Assembly (NCBI GenBank): GCA_008632985.1
Contig: QPGO01000020.1
Location: 496,001 to 560,000 of the forward strand
Reading direction: 5' to 3'
Length of the DNA stretch: 64,000 bases
Source: Psammoneis japonica
Lineage: Eukaryota
Positions 48,761 through 59,768 of the stretch are shown piece after piece (position 1 is the first letter of the stretch; each line of letters begins with the position of its first letter). A program made the translations under genes and the position numbers. The notes beneath the pieces are model-generated. The model searched no databases. It was not told the origin of the DNA and saw nothing but the letters and a program-made list of their open reading frames with translations.

Positions 48761-51700
48761 ATGAAAAATTCCGACGAAGATGAATTTGAGGTTTTGCTGC
48801 ATGCCGCCCGCGTGTCTACTGTATCTGTCGATCCTGTGAAGGAAGAGGATCCTCAAGACAACGGAGATCTTGATGATACATGCCACAAAGTGAGTTCCAA
48901 AGAGGGTGATACTACTGCAACCGGCAGCAGCACTGCGTCTGACGAAGCAAATCAACACGACGAGCAACTTATTCAAGACCATGATCCCCGATCAAGCAGT
49001 AGGAGCTCCGCGGCATTTTGGTCGTCCATGCCCCGCAACGACGTCTCCAAGAAGGGCTTCATCACTATTGATAGTGACGACGACAGCAGCAGTGATAGTG
49101 ATGATGATGAGAGTATACAGGGACAGGACATCAAGAACAACGATAAGCCCAACCTCCAGAAAAAGAGTTCGTTTATTGCCGATATGGACGACGAGGCTTT
49201 TGAACAATTCCTACAAGAAGCCGCCCCACAAGACGCCCGCCCTAAATCAAAGGCACTCCGACACGAAAAGGACGTCGGTGACGAGGTTTATGCCAAGTTC
49301 ACCAACGGGCTGTGGTATTGGGGTAGGGTTGCGGAACGACACAAAGTCCCAGTTCCTGGGGCCAAATCCAGAAACGTTTATACTGTAAGTTGTTTGAGTT
49401 CTTATGAATGTTTCAATTCCGAATCGCACTCTTGTTTCAGTTGTTCTTATTCTCGTTGTGTTTTTATACTGTACTAGATTCGTTTTCATGACGGAGATGT
49501 CTTGGAGAATGTACGAGCCAAAGACGTGTGCACAAGGGCAGCTTTCGAACGACTACGACGAAAATTGGCGGGTCAGTCAGAAGAAGAAGAGAGAGGTGGA
49601 ATTGCTCAAGAGTGTCTTACCAAGTGCCAAGAAGCAACTACAAGACTTGTACAATCAGCGTTGCGACAACTGTGTCCTCTGTCTTGCACCCGATTGTCAA
49701 GCGTGCGAAACATGCTTAAAAAGCAGCAAGCATCACAACGGAACCCGCAAGTATGTTTGTCTGCAAAAGGTATGATATTTTCTATCGTCTGGGTATGGCG
49801 CTTCTCTGTCCCGCGAAGCTTTGTTTTTGCTTACGAGCACCCTTGTCTCTCTTTATACCAACTTTCTCAGATGTGTCTGGAAATAGGCGAGACCGACAGG
49901 GCCGTACCAGCACCCGGCTTTCCAGCGGGATGGAAGTTTTTCGTGTCTAAACCAGATTTTGACAAGAGGCAGGGGCTTGCCATTCTCGGTCCAGGTCGCC
50001 CAACGCAATACAGGTCTGTGGATGCGGCCAAGGGACATTACTCGACTCTCTTGCGATCCGTCATTGCCAATGACTTTTACAAGAAAATTGGCTTGGACTG
50101 TGCTGCTGCTACCAAAACGAGCGGTGTGGACAGCAAGAGGGATGAACCGGTCGACGTCACGACGGCCGAAGCCTTCATGACTCAAGTCGAGCAGCAGCTT
50201 CAAAGCTTTCACTTGAAAGGTTTGGAGTGCTCGTCGTGTGAGATGTGTCTCAGACAGGACTGTCAACAGTGCCTCGCATGTCTGAGCAACAAGAATAATT
50301 CGCATAGCAGTGATTCGAAGCTCGTTTGTATCCAAAAGGTACGCATTCATATCGATGAGAGTTAATTGACGACGATGTGTCGTTCCGATCTCATTGAAAA
50401 CAACACGGCGATGTACCCCAATGGGTTGCATGCTTTCGATGATGTTGCGACTAACTCTGACTATACATCCTTGTGTAGATTTGCTGTGACATTGACGAGG
50501 AGGAAAAGACCCTACCTGCACCGGGTCTTCCAGTGGGATGGTCGTTTAGGATTGAAAAACCTCGAACGGGAAATCGACCCAACATTGAGCTTATCCTTTG
50601 TGCTCCGAATGGAAAGCATTATTATTCGGTGGAAGCCGCCAAGAAGCATTTCGGCGTAATCTTGAATTCGATTCCTTCTCATTTGTTTTACAATTTTATT
50701 GGAATGGCAAAACGATCTCCGGACAGAATAGCGAGCGATGGTATGACCCAGCGATCTGGGAATAATAAAACGGGCGACCGCACTAATATCGATAGCAACA
50801 GTGCGCTACAGCGCTTTTATCAGGGTCGCTGCAAAGAGTGCAGTCTTTGTAAGCGGTTTGACTGCGGGAAGTGTGCTTCTTGTCGAAATCCTTCCAGCGG
50901 GGGAACGGCTGTTTGTTTGCAAAAGGTAAGGTGATCCATTGAATTTCGATGCTCGTCGACCACTTCAACTTACCAAATTGCGTTCGTTGCCCTAGATTTG
51001 TTGCGAGAATTTTCCTGAGCATGAGCGAGCTCTACCGATTCCTGGTTTTCCAGAGGGTTTCACCTTTGTGTTGAACAAACCAACAGGACGCGAAGGCGTA
51101 TTGGAAAGGCTTGTTCTTTTCATCAAGAAAAACAAACGTCTCCGTACCGTTAAAAACGCCAGAACCATGTGCCCCAGGAGCCTCGAAGGCGTGTCCCACG
51201 AGGCGTTTTATCGCTACATCGGCGCGGAATACAGCGACGAGTCCGATGAGGAGTCTTTCTATGAATCTATTCCTCAGCGGGCGGAACGAAAAAGGAAGCT
51301 ACACTCCCTGGATGGTGCTGATTCGAAGCGCTCCCGAAAAGGAGGCTCTAACGAGGGCTGTTTGATATCCTACAACTCGAAGAGCCCAAAGGAACTGCAT
51401 GAACGCAAGTGCGATTCCTGTGAGCTCTGCGTCAAATCAAAGTGCGGAGCATGCGCTTCGTGTGTCCGCAATCGGAGTCGTGATGATGGTAACAAGGAAG
51501 TCTGCCTCCGCAAGGTTAGTGGTGCTAGAGAAACGAATGGTTTGCTTCGTTCTTTTAGAAGTAGGGTTTTGATGGCTCATGTTATGTTCTGTTTTTCTTC
51601 CGCTATAGATGTGCTGCCGAATTCCGGTCGAAGAGAAGGCGCAACCCGCGGTTGGCTTTCCTGCTGGATGGCGCTTCTATTTCGACAAGCCAGAAACGTC

Positions 51701-53184
51701 GGCCTTTCCCTTGTATCAGAAAGGTTTGGAGGGACTGGTGCTGCTAGCAAGCAATGGTCGCAACTACAACTCAGTCAGCGAAGCGATCAACCATTATCCA
51801 AGATCACTGAATCCTGTTCGGATCTACCAAGAATTTTTTGAGCATTTGGGATATACCTTTACTCTCCAGCATTTGCGTGATGAATTTGTGGGAAAGTCAC
51901 TTGTCCAAGAATGGACCGACTTGCAGGGCCGCAACAAGTGTTTGAGTGGCATAGTCATTGGTGTCGATGGAGTAGTGTGACAACGAGGAAAAAACGGTTA
52001 CGGTGGAGTACTTCGACAAATCCTTGTTTTTTGCAAACTCGTTGGGGAGCAAATCTGGGTCAAAAGTACCCAAACGGCGGTCGCTAAAGCTCCCGATTGT
52101 ACTGGGTGCGATCAAAGCATACCAGAAAATGATGAATCAAGGCTTTGAGTCTGTTGAATATCCTGCGACTCACAGCAATTGCCTAGGATATACTTGGGTC
52201 ACTCCTGAAAACCGTCACGAAGAACTGCTGGACGTTGGGGAGGGCTCGAAGCTCCCTCGTTTGACACTTACACTTCGCCGCGGCTTTTGTTTAGTCTTTT
52301 CAGTTCAGGAGTCGACCATCCCTGGAGCCGGGAGTGGTGTGTTTGTTAGGGCCGAAAATGCGTTTGGTGACACCCCGCTAGGACCGAGGAGTCGTTTGAA
52401 ATGCAACCAGGCGAGCTCCTGGATTTGGGTCGGTGCGCTCCTCTTCAACCAGAAGACAAGATTAGAGATTGCGTTTTCCTTGTGAAGAACTACGTGCATT
52501 CCTTCAAATGCGAAGAGTGGTGCTTTGCTAGCGGTAAGTCTCCGGCGGCAAGCAACCAAGTGCATCTTGTACGTTTGTTTGATGTACACCTCATGCTGAC
52601 ATGTTGGGCTGCTTTCAGATGACAAAGGCTATAAATTCGACATGACTGATGATTTCACAGGAACCCCTCACGAAATTGCGAAACATTACATCCCGGCATA
52701 TGTAAATCGATGCGAGTCTGCCGAAACGGCCGCATTGCGGGCGGAAGTTGATCCAGAGGGTAATGTGCACTTTTTGTTTGGGATGGTAGAAGGGGTGGGC
52801 CTTTCGTTACCGGTAGGTGTGGACACGGAAATCTTTGTGGGCTGCAGCGTTAAAAACGAGTCGGCACTTCGAAAGCAGAACTCAGAGACACCAGAGGAAT
52901 GTCTCGAAAAGATCAGCAAATTCTCGGCCAACGACGTGGCACAGTGCGTCGAGTTTTTTCACAGCATGTTTGAAAGAACCGAAAATGTGTATTTGGCTGG
53001 TGACAAGCTTGGATCGCAAGCGAGGGAACGCGCGCTGGTCGTTTCTAAAGTTCTTGCGCAACGAGCAAGGGAGCTAGAAGAAGCTGGCGAAGAGGTTGAT
53101 GTGGAATCCTCGGCAGAACTAGTGAAGATTGCCACGTGTCTTTGTCGCAATGTTCGCCCTGTGATGCATCCGAGCGTGACATGA
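48761..53184 (+). CDS. Multi-exon chromatin-reader-like protein: Tudor-like + four (CXXC-like zinc finger / MBD-like) modules + SET-like C-terminus; three apparent 1-nt frameshifts
   Basis: GT-AG introns 49385-49477, 49770-49870, 50339-50478, 50926-50995, 51515-51608, 52534-52618; VGDEVYAKFTNGLWYWGRV..IRFHDGD; CxxCxxC..DC..C..C..C.QK|.C; PG.P.GW.F...P.GK.Y.SV; STIPGAGSGVF...YVN...EIFV. Confidence 0.78.
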
Positions 53185-53467
53185 AATCCCTTGCTGGAAC
53201 AAGGGACTCTTCACAGAGAGGAGGAACGCGATGGCAAATGCAAATTAGTGCACTCTGGTTGGTGATTAGGAAGATTGTATTGTCCTTTATAGCAACTCTT
53301 GAGCCAGAAGATTTTCTAAAGCTTTGACACCAGTGTGCATGCCCCCACGATGTATGATGCTACTGTAGTGGCGATCTTTCTTTGACATGTGTTGCTTGTT
53401 TCGCGTTTCTATAATAGCGGCCGTTCTTCCATCTTCCGTTCCAGTCTTGCTTGTGTCGTGCGCCAAA

Positions 53468-53550
53468 CTCCTCCCTCTACTCTACTCTCTAGCTAGAGAG
53501 TACTCTAGAGAGTAGTAGAAGTAGTGGAGTAGTAAATAGAAGTACTGTCA
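53468..53550. repeat. TA-rich low-complexity/palindromic tract (ctctctagctagagag, tagtag) between convergent genes
   Basis: Read directly; an unmutated example of TAG-rich simple sequence. Confidence 0.6.
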
Positions 53551-53704
53551 TTGAGTAGTGCCCCTGGCAGCTTTACAAGAAAGAGCATAGAGAGAGGGGG
53601 GAAGAGAGATACCGTACCGATGACCATAACTTCGACCTATACTAAAAGAAACTACAACCTTAACATACACATTAAAACTACAATAATTTTGCGGTTCAAC
53701 GCCG

Positions 53705-55570
53705 CTAGTCGACCGCCTTGGCTTTCAACTCATTCATTGCAACAGCTTCGTAGGGTTCCTTCTTTTGGTGGGTGAAAACATATACAAGTAGAAGCATGCC
53801 GGTACCGACAACTCCTACTCCGGCTCCAAGCATGAGCTGAACATGATCCATCCAGTGAAACACCTTATCGGGTTCTCCGATGAAGAGGGTCGACATCATT
53901 CCAGTGTCCTCGTGAGCAAGGAAATGGCAGTGAAAAACCGTCTTTCCTGTATAATTCTTGTACTGAACCCAAACGCGAGCCCTACCATTCGGAGGGACCA
54001 CAACAGTGTCCCTCCATGCGTTTCGATCAAAGTCCAGTAAACCCGCAAGCACTGGGTATCTATCGGTGGATAGCTCAGACCCCATTTCTTTTACCTGAAA
54101 ACGATTCACATGAATGTGGAAGGGGTGGACATTGTGGTTGGCGTTGATTAAAACGTATTCAACCGCCTGTCCGGGGTGTGCCGAGAAATCCAAACGGTCT
54201 GGATCAAAAGAGCGACCATTCACAAAATATTGAGGAAAGGGCGCCTCGTTGCGATTGGCTCCCATGGAAAAGACAATAGTCTCTGTCTTATCAATCTGGT
54301 GTGCTTGAATGGCTTCATCTTCTTCGTATCCTGGGGTGAATACCATGTCTTCGATTGAAACGGTCGGGAGCTGCGTTCGGATCTTTGTGTCCACCGTGAT
54401 TGTGGCGAGAATTTGATCATGAGGATGACCCCACATGTCAAAGAACTGCATTCCCTGAATTCCTTGTTGAGAAATGACATACTTGCCCGGCTTGTCAAAC
54501 TGAAGCAAAATTTCCTCGCGCTGTCCACCCGCAAAGACAAGCATTGTATGCTTCTTTGGCTTTCGGTACGTGACACCATCCGAACCAATTACCCAAAACG
54601 GAATTGCAGATTCGTCCCAATGGTCGTCTTCCTTTCCTTCGGGGTAGACAATAAAGGTATTTTCATTCTCAATGGTCCCGCATAAGGCTCGTAAATGAAG
54701 AACTTCGCCAACGCCAACTTCAAAGCTCGGAGTGATTTCCCCATTCACCACAAACGGATGGATCTTGGATAGGGTCGTTTGTCCCATGAGGAACTCATCG
54801 ACTTCAAGGTTGTGTGTGGGTTTATCCACAGTCTTGAACACTGGATCCCAAATGACAAATTCTTGCGAGTTGGTAATGCCATACGTGGCAAGCTCGTCCT
54901 CCATAGGACCTTCGACATACAAAAGACCAAGCATTCCGCTCCAGATCTGGAGAGCCGTGGAGCCGTGTAAATGCGGATGGTACCAATACAGGCCTGTTGG
55001 GTGGTGATCTGGAATGTTAAACTTGTAGCAGTAGCACTCGCCTGGGCTGATGGCAATGTGTGGAGCTTCCGGGTTGTGCGTTCCGACGGGATCAAACATG
55101 TGTACTTCAATGTCTAGCCCGTGAAGGTGAAGGTTGGTGGCATCAAAGTTCTTGGCCATGTTTGGCCAGTCTACTTCCAGTTGTTCAGGATCCTCCACGG
55201 GCTTCTTGTAGTATTGGTACTTGATGTGTTCGCCAGGGTTCTCCACCATTTTCCAGTAATCCAAAGCCGTGGGTGGGTTGGGACCAATCGACTCTGTAAT
55301 GTTGTTCTCCAGCTTGATCCAAAGCGACTGCCCAGGTTTCACCCGCATGGTTGGCCCCATAAAAGAATCCGATCCTTCCTCAGAGTATGTGCGCCCCTTG
55401 TACGTGTAATTCAGCATTTTCATGATTCGAACGGACATGGCAAGGTTGTAGTTGACGTCGCCCCCATTGCAAGGATCCGAGCACGGGATGAAACCCGTCT
55501 CGTCACCCACGGCATGCTTCACAAAAGACACTAGCGAGAGGAGAATAACGTTGCAGGAACTTATACGCAT
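53705..55570 (-). CDS. Multicopper oxidase with signal peptide and C-terminal TM anchor
   Basis: All four Cu motifs: NLHLHG, WYHPHLHG, HPFHIH, HCHFLAHEDTGM; N-terminal MRISSCNVILLSLVSF; hydrophobic C-terminal helix. Confidence 0.93.
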   Translation of the reverse strand: MRISSCNVILLSLVSFVKHAVGDETGFIPCSDPCNGGDVNYNLAMSVRIMKMLNYTYKGRTYSEEGSDSFMGPTMRVKPGQSLWIKLENNITESIGPNPPTALDYWKMVENPGEHIKYQYYKKPVEDPEQLEVDWPNMAKNFDATNLHLHGLDIEVHMFDPVGTHNPEAPHIAISPGECYCYKFNIPDHHPTGLYWYHPHLHGSTALQIWSGMLGLLYVEGPMEDELATYGITNSQEFVIWDPVFKTVDKPTHNLEVDEFLMGQTTLSKIHPFVVNGEITPSFEVGVGEVLHLRALCGTIENENTFIVYPEGKEDDHWDESAIPFWVIGSDGVTYRKPKKHTMLVFAGGQREEILLQFDKPGKYVISQQGIQGMQFFDMWGHPHDQILATITVDTKIRTQLPTVSIEDMVFTPGYEEDEAIQAHQIDKTETIVFSMGANRNEAPFPQYFVNGRSFDPDRLDFSAHPGQAVEYVLINANHNVHPFHIHVNRFQVKEMGSELSTDRYPVLAGLLDFDRNAWRDTVVVPPNGRARVWVQYKNYTGKTVFHCHFLAHEDTGMMSTLFIGEPDKVFHWMDHVQLMLGAGVGVVGTGMLLLVYVFTHQKKEPYEAVAMNELKAKAVD

Positions 55571-55819
55571 CTCTTTTGCTCTTCTACTGTACGAGTCAAG
55601 GTTCAGTGTCGACAACGCGAAGCATGAAAGTGATGAAGGCAGAAGATACAAATTATCGAGATCGCGGAGAAATTTGGAAATTGGATTCAGAAAAGAGCCG
55701 AGCATTCGGGGGTATCCCCCCATCCATACCCCTAATATTATGTTTTTTATATGCTTTAATTACTTTTATCTTCTTTGGGACAAATAATTTATACCCGTAC
55801 TCCTATTTTTCGCTCGTCG

Positions 55820-58800
55820 CGCCACCTGCCGATTTCTCTGTTTCCCGCCACCGCGTCATCGCGTGCTCCTGCATTCTGTGTGTTTGCATCAATCTTCCTC
55901 CTCCCTGTTCTTCATGGGAAGAAACGGTGTCTGGACAAGTAGGGAGTGAGTTGAGTAGGGCCATGCGAGCATTCATTCTGTTCTTTTGCCTCTCCACAAC
56001 AATTGAGAAGGAGCAGCAGCACAATTTTTGTGTCAACATTGGGGGGACGCGGCTTGAGGCTTGAACAAAAAAGTTGGTGCAAAGAGTCGGGCAGCGGGTT
56101 GTTGGGAGGTGGTTTTTTGCATTTCATCCAGAGTTCATCATGCATGGGCAACATTGCGGCTGGGCGGGGGGTTGCAGATTTGCACTGGGATGGACACAGT
56201 CAGTTGCACAGCGATGCCATCCGAGCAAGGACGACGGACGACAGTCTGTTTTCAGTTTGCAGCTTCAGGATGCGCGCAACATGTGGAGTCAGCCCAGTTC
56301 ACCGCAACATCGTCGGGAGTTCGCTGCAACAAGGTCTCGGCGAAAGTCCAGCATGAGAAACAAGGGGCGCTGTTTGTTCCATGGTTTTGTCAAGCTGCGC
56401 GCCATCAACGATGACATTCCCAGCTGTGTCTGCCGCTTGGCTCTCCCAACAAAAGACCACATGTTGAATGGACTGCTCAGGTGCATGTGCCACAATCGTG
56501 GAGCAAAAGTGGCAGCACGGTTTTGGTCAATCGCAAATGGATGTTGGATGAAACATGTCGGGAACAACAAAAAATGCTTGCTCTCTGGCTTCCCCTCTCA
56601 GGACTGGAGCTGAGTCCAAGGCCATCACTCACGTCAGTTTCATCACGTGTGACTGGGTGTCGTTTCCGAGGATGCAGCATTCGGTTCGAGGACTTTCTTG
56701 TCATGCCAGAAAATGTGTCTATGAAACGTCCATCTGAAGATTCCTGTGCCGCAAAGTGTTCCACAAAGTGCAAGGAATGATCGGGTTTGGAGTGAATGTT
56801 CACCCGACTTTTCCTTGGAGCACGAATGGACTTAAAATGGAGAGTTTTGACCCGCGCAACTCGACATGGAAGAAAGATGATTTTCTCCATGGTCACTGCT
56901 CTTCTCAAGACTGGGAACAACCTGACAGTGGGATGTGCGATGGCGCTTCCGAGAATCATGCTCCCTGTTGTTTGGACGTTTTCTCTTGTCACCCGAGCAC
57001 TCATCGACAAAGAGGCATTCATTCGAAGGCTGGCCAGCAATCTGTTGCATGACACTTGTGAAGTGATTGCGCTGCAAGCGCTGGTTGCAACACTGGAGGA
57101 GCCTTGATTCATCTGAATGCACATGAATCGGCAACCATCCAGAAAGTTCCGGCAAAACTGGCAAACGCGACAGTCTCAAAATGCCTTCGGATGGTGTGTG
57201 CGGTCCCAAGGCAGTCGACTCCGTCAACTCATCAAGCAAGTGCATGTTGGAGGTTTCATGTTTATTTGGAATGGCAGTCACCTGAACGAGCGGCTGCCAT
57301 TGGAGACATTTTGGAAGGCTTCCGATTCTCGAAAGCTGCACGTCACGTTCGAGCTCCGCTTTGGTCAGCCGCCGGCTTCTTTTCCTCCCCTCGGAAGTCT
57401 TCCATGTCATTCAAGCTCGGCCCATGGCTTCCATTGGAACTGTGCGGGTAGAGTGATTGCATCTCATGGTTTGTTGGTGCATCATGGATGTGATTGATTT
57501 TGAAAAGCATCGTGAACTGTGTGTGGTCTTTCGAGCGCTGAGATTTTGGCGTTGCAAGCAAGGTTTGTGTGACTGCGCATTTATCGTAGAAACGCACAAG
57601 GGTGTCGCACCACAATCTTCTTGTCAAAATGTCCGATCGCCAAAAATGGTGTGTTGTTCAAGGCATGTGCACAACGAGCACACAGCAGCGCAATGTCAGA
57701 CAGACGACAGTCGTGCATTTTTTGTGATTTGCGCGACAAATTGCCGTCGACGCCGATGATGACGATGACATTTTTCTCAAGCTCGTGCAGGACGACTTTG
57801 AAATGGGCACTCATCACAATGATCGATTGCACCATTTAGAACACGTGTGTGTAAAGAAAGTCCCCCTGACGAAGTCTCAATCGTTCAATGATGAATGCAC
57901 AACAGTGACAGGTCAGAAAACAGAGCTCGGCATTGGCGTGACGTTTTGCTTTCGAACGGAGATTGCTCTCGGGGACTGTCATGACTGAGTGCATTCTCAA
58001 ACTCAACAAACTAAATGTCTGCAATGACAAAAGACTCTGGGACATGTCGCTGTCATCGCTGTTGTCATGACAACGCACGTGTCATGTCACCGATTTTCAG
58101 GGATGATGCGTGCAGCGCGCACGAAGTTTCCAGTGCAAAAAAAATTCAGAAAGTCCAATCATCTTGCCATCCATCAGCTCGTTGTGCGATTGCCTTAACC
58201 GAAACTGTGTGAAGCATTTGAAAACCAATTGGTTCCTCCTCTCTAAGGTGGAACTCTCTGCTTTTGAAGTCTGAAACCGAAAGATTTTGGATTGCCGCAC
58301 TCACTGCTGTCAGAAAATGGAGGCGTGATGATTGCTTGCACCAATCATTTTGCTGCATTTTTTTACCTGTCAAGTGAGTTTTGCACCGGGCGTCCAAACC
58401 AATTTTAATGCACAATGGTTGTTCTTTCGAAACAGGGTGCCACTGTGCGGCACGCACTTCTGCACGACCCACGCGACCTGACTAATGTGCGTTGGGGCCA
58501 GAGCAGTGCGTGGTGCTGGTTGTTTTGCTTCTGACCGTTCTGTCTTCTGTGAGGTTTCACGAGTTAACTGTGCATGTTGATGTTGTCTAATTCGAGGTGC
58601 GGTGGCTTGAGTGAAAGTGCAAGTGTGCGAAATTTATGCATTGATGCAGTTGTCTTTGCAAAACAGCCAGCAGTTGTGACTTGCACCCATTCCATCATTT
58701 CTGTCCATGCTCGATCCGCGGTGGCTCAAGTGAAAGTCCAAGTGCACGAAATTTACGCATTGATGCAGTTGTCTTTGCCAAATGGTCAGTTGCAGCTTGC

Positions 58801-59760
58801 GCCCATTCCATTGTTTCTGCCCGTGCTTGCTCCACAGGATCCTTGCTTGCTCCTTCTCCTGCTCCGTTGCTCCCGCTTGTTCCAGCTCCTCCTCGGTGAA
58901 AAATCTCCCACCAGTCTGTGGTGGTGCTGCCGCCCACACTGCCTTTAGCTCCTCCATGGTTGAATCATCCCTGGGCACGACCGTTGCTTCCACACGACAA
59001 CCGTCCACTCTCGTGTTGTCTGGCACAAGTGCAGATGAGACATCACAATTTCCTGAAGCAAGCTCGAACGCCGCTCTTGCTTCTTCCACCGTGATCTTCT
59101 CCCCGTCTTCTTTGTTCATTGCTGACTGAAACAGTTCCGCATCTGTCTGCACCCTTTTCTTGTCTTCTCCAGTTTTCTTTGGCTCATCTGACTTCTTTGT
59201 TTGTTGTTGCAAATCCATTTTTTTTCTCTGTTGCTCCGTTTTGTGCGACGTTTGCGTTCACGTGCTCTTGGTTTGTTGGAGTCATGGCAACTGCCGCCGC
59301 AGTCATGCCTTCAGCGCCCGTGAGTTCTCCCGCAACTTCCGGAGCTGCTTTGCCAGACGGAACGATGTTCTCCTCCGCCATTCTGACGCCGTGATGACAG
59401 AGGTGTGCTGACTGCTGTGTGCTGTGTTCCAGGCATTGGCGATCCACATCCTTCTGTGCGCACAAACGTGTGACACTTCGTGCCGAATTCGACGTGCCCA
59501 ACGCACCCCACCTGCCGCTCCCGAGTTCCTCAACGGCCTGCCTCCACCACTTGTGAAGTCGCCGGGACGTGGCGTGTCTGCACCTGTGTGCATCCGTCTG
59601 CACTGCGTGCTGCGGCACTGCTGCACAGCACCCCGCATCAAAACTTCATCAATGTTTATTTTTTGCTTTCGATTCCTTTTCTCTTCTTCTTCTGGCTGAG
59701 AGGAACTGCTGGACAGCCTGGGTGTGTCCAAAAAAAAAGAAACACCGATGAAAATTGTGA
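55820..59760. other. TpA-depleted decayed repeat/TE-like region, unidentified
   Basis: TA scarce while CpG is largely retained; fragmentary protein-like frames. Confidence 0.6.
58599..58833 (+). repeat. ~119-bp tandem duplication
   Basis: gcggtggct..agtgaaagt.caagtg..cgaaattta.gcattgatgcagttgtctttgc twice. Confidence 0.9.
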
Positions 59761-59768
59761 TCACCCCG

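Noticed and set aside
55571..55723. N-terminal extension of the multicopper oxidase ORF
   Set aside because: The signal peptide begins at the ATG at 55570; the upstream part is likely UTR
57581..57835. VIVIIGVDGN resembling a non-LTR endonuclease motif
   Set aside because: A single weak motif with no supporting endonuclease or RT motifs nearby
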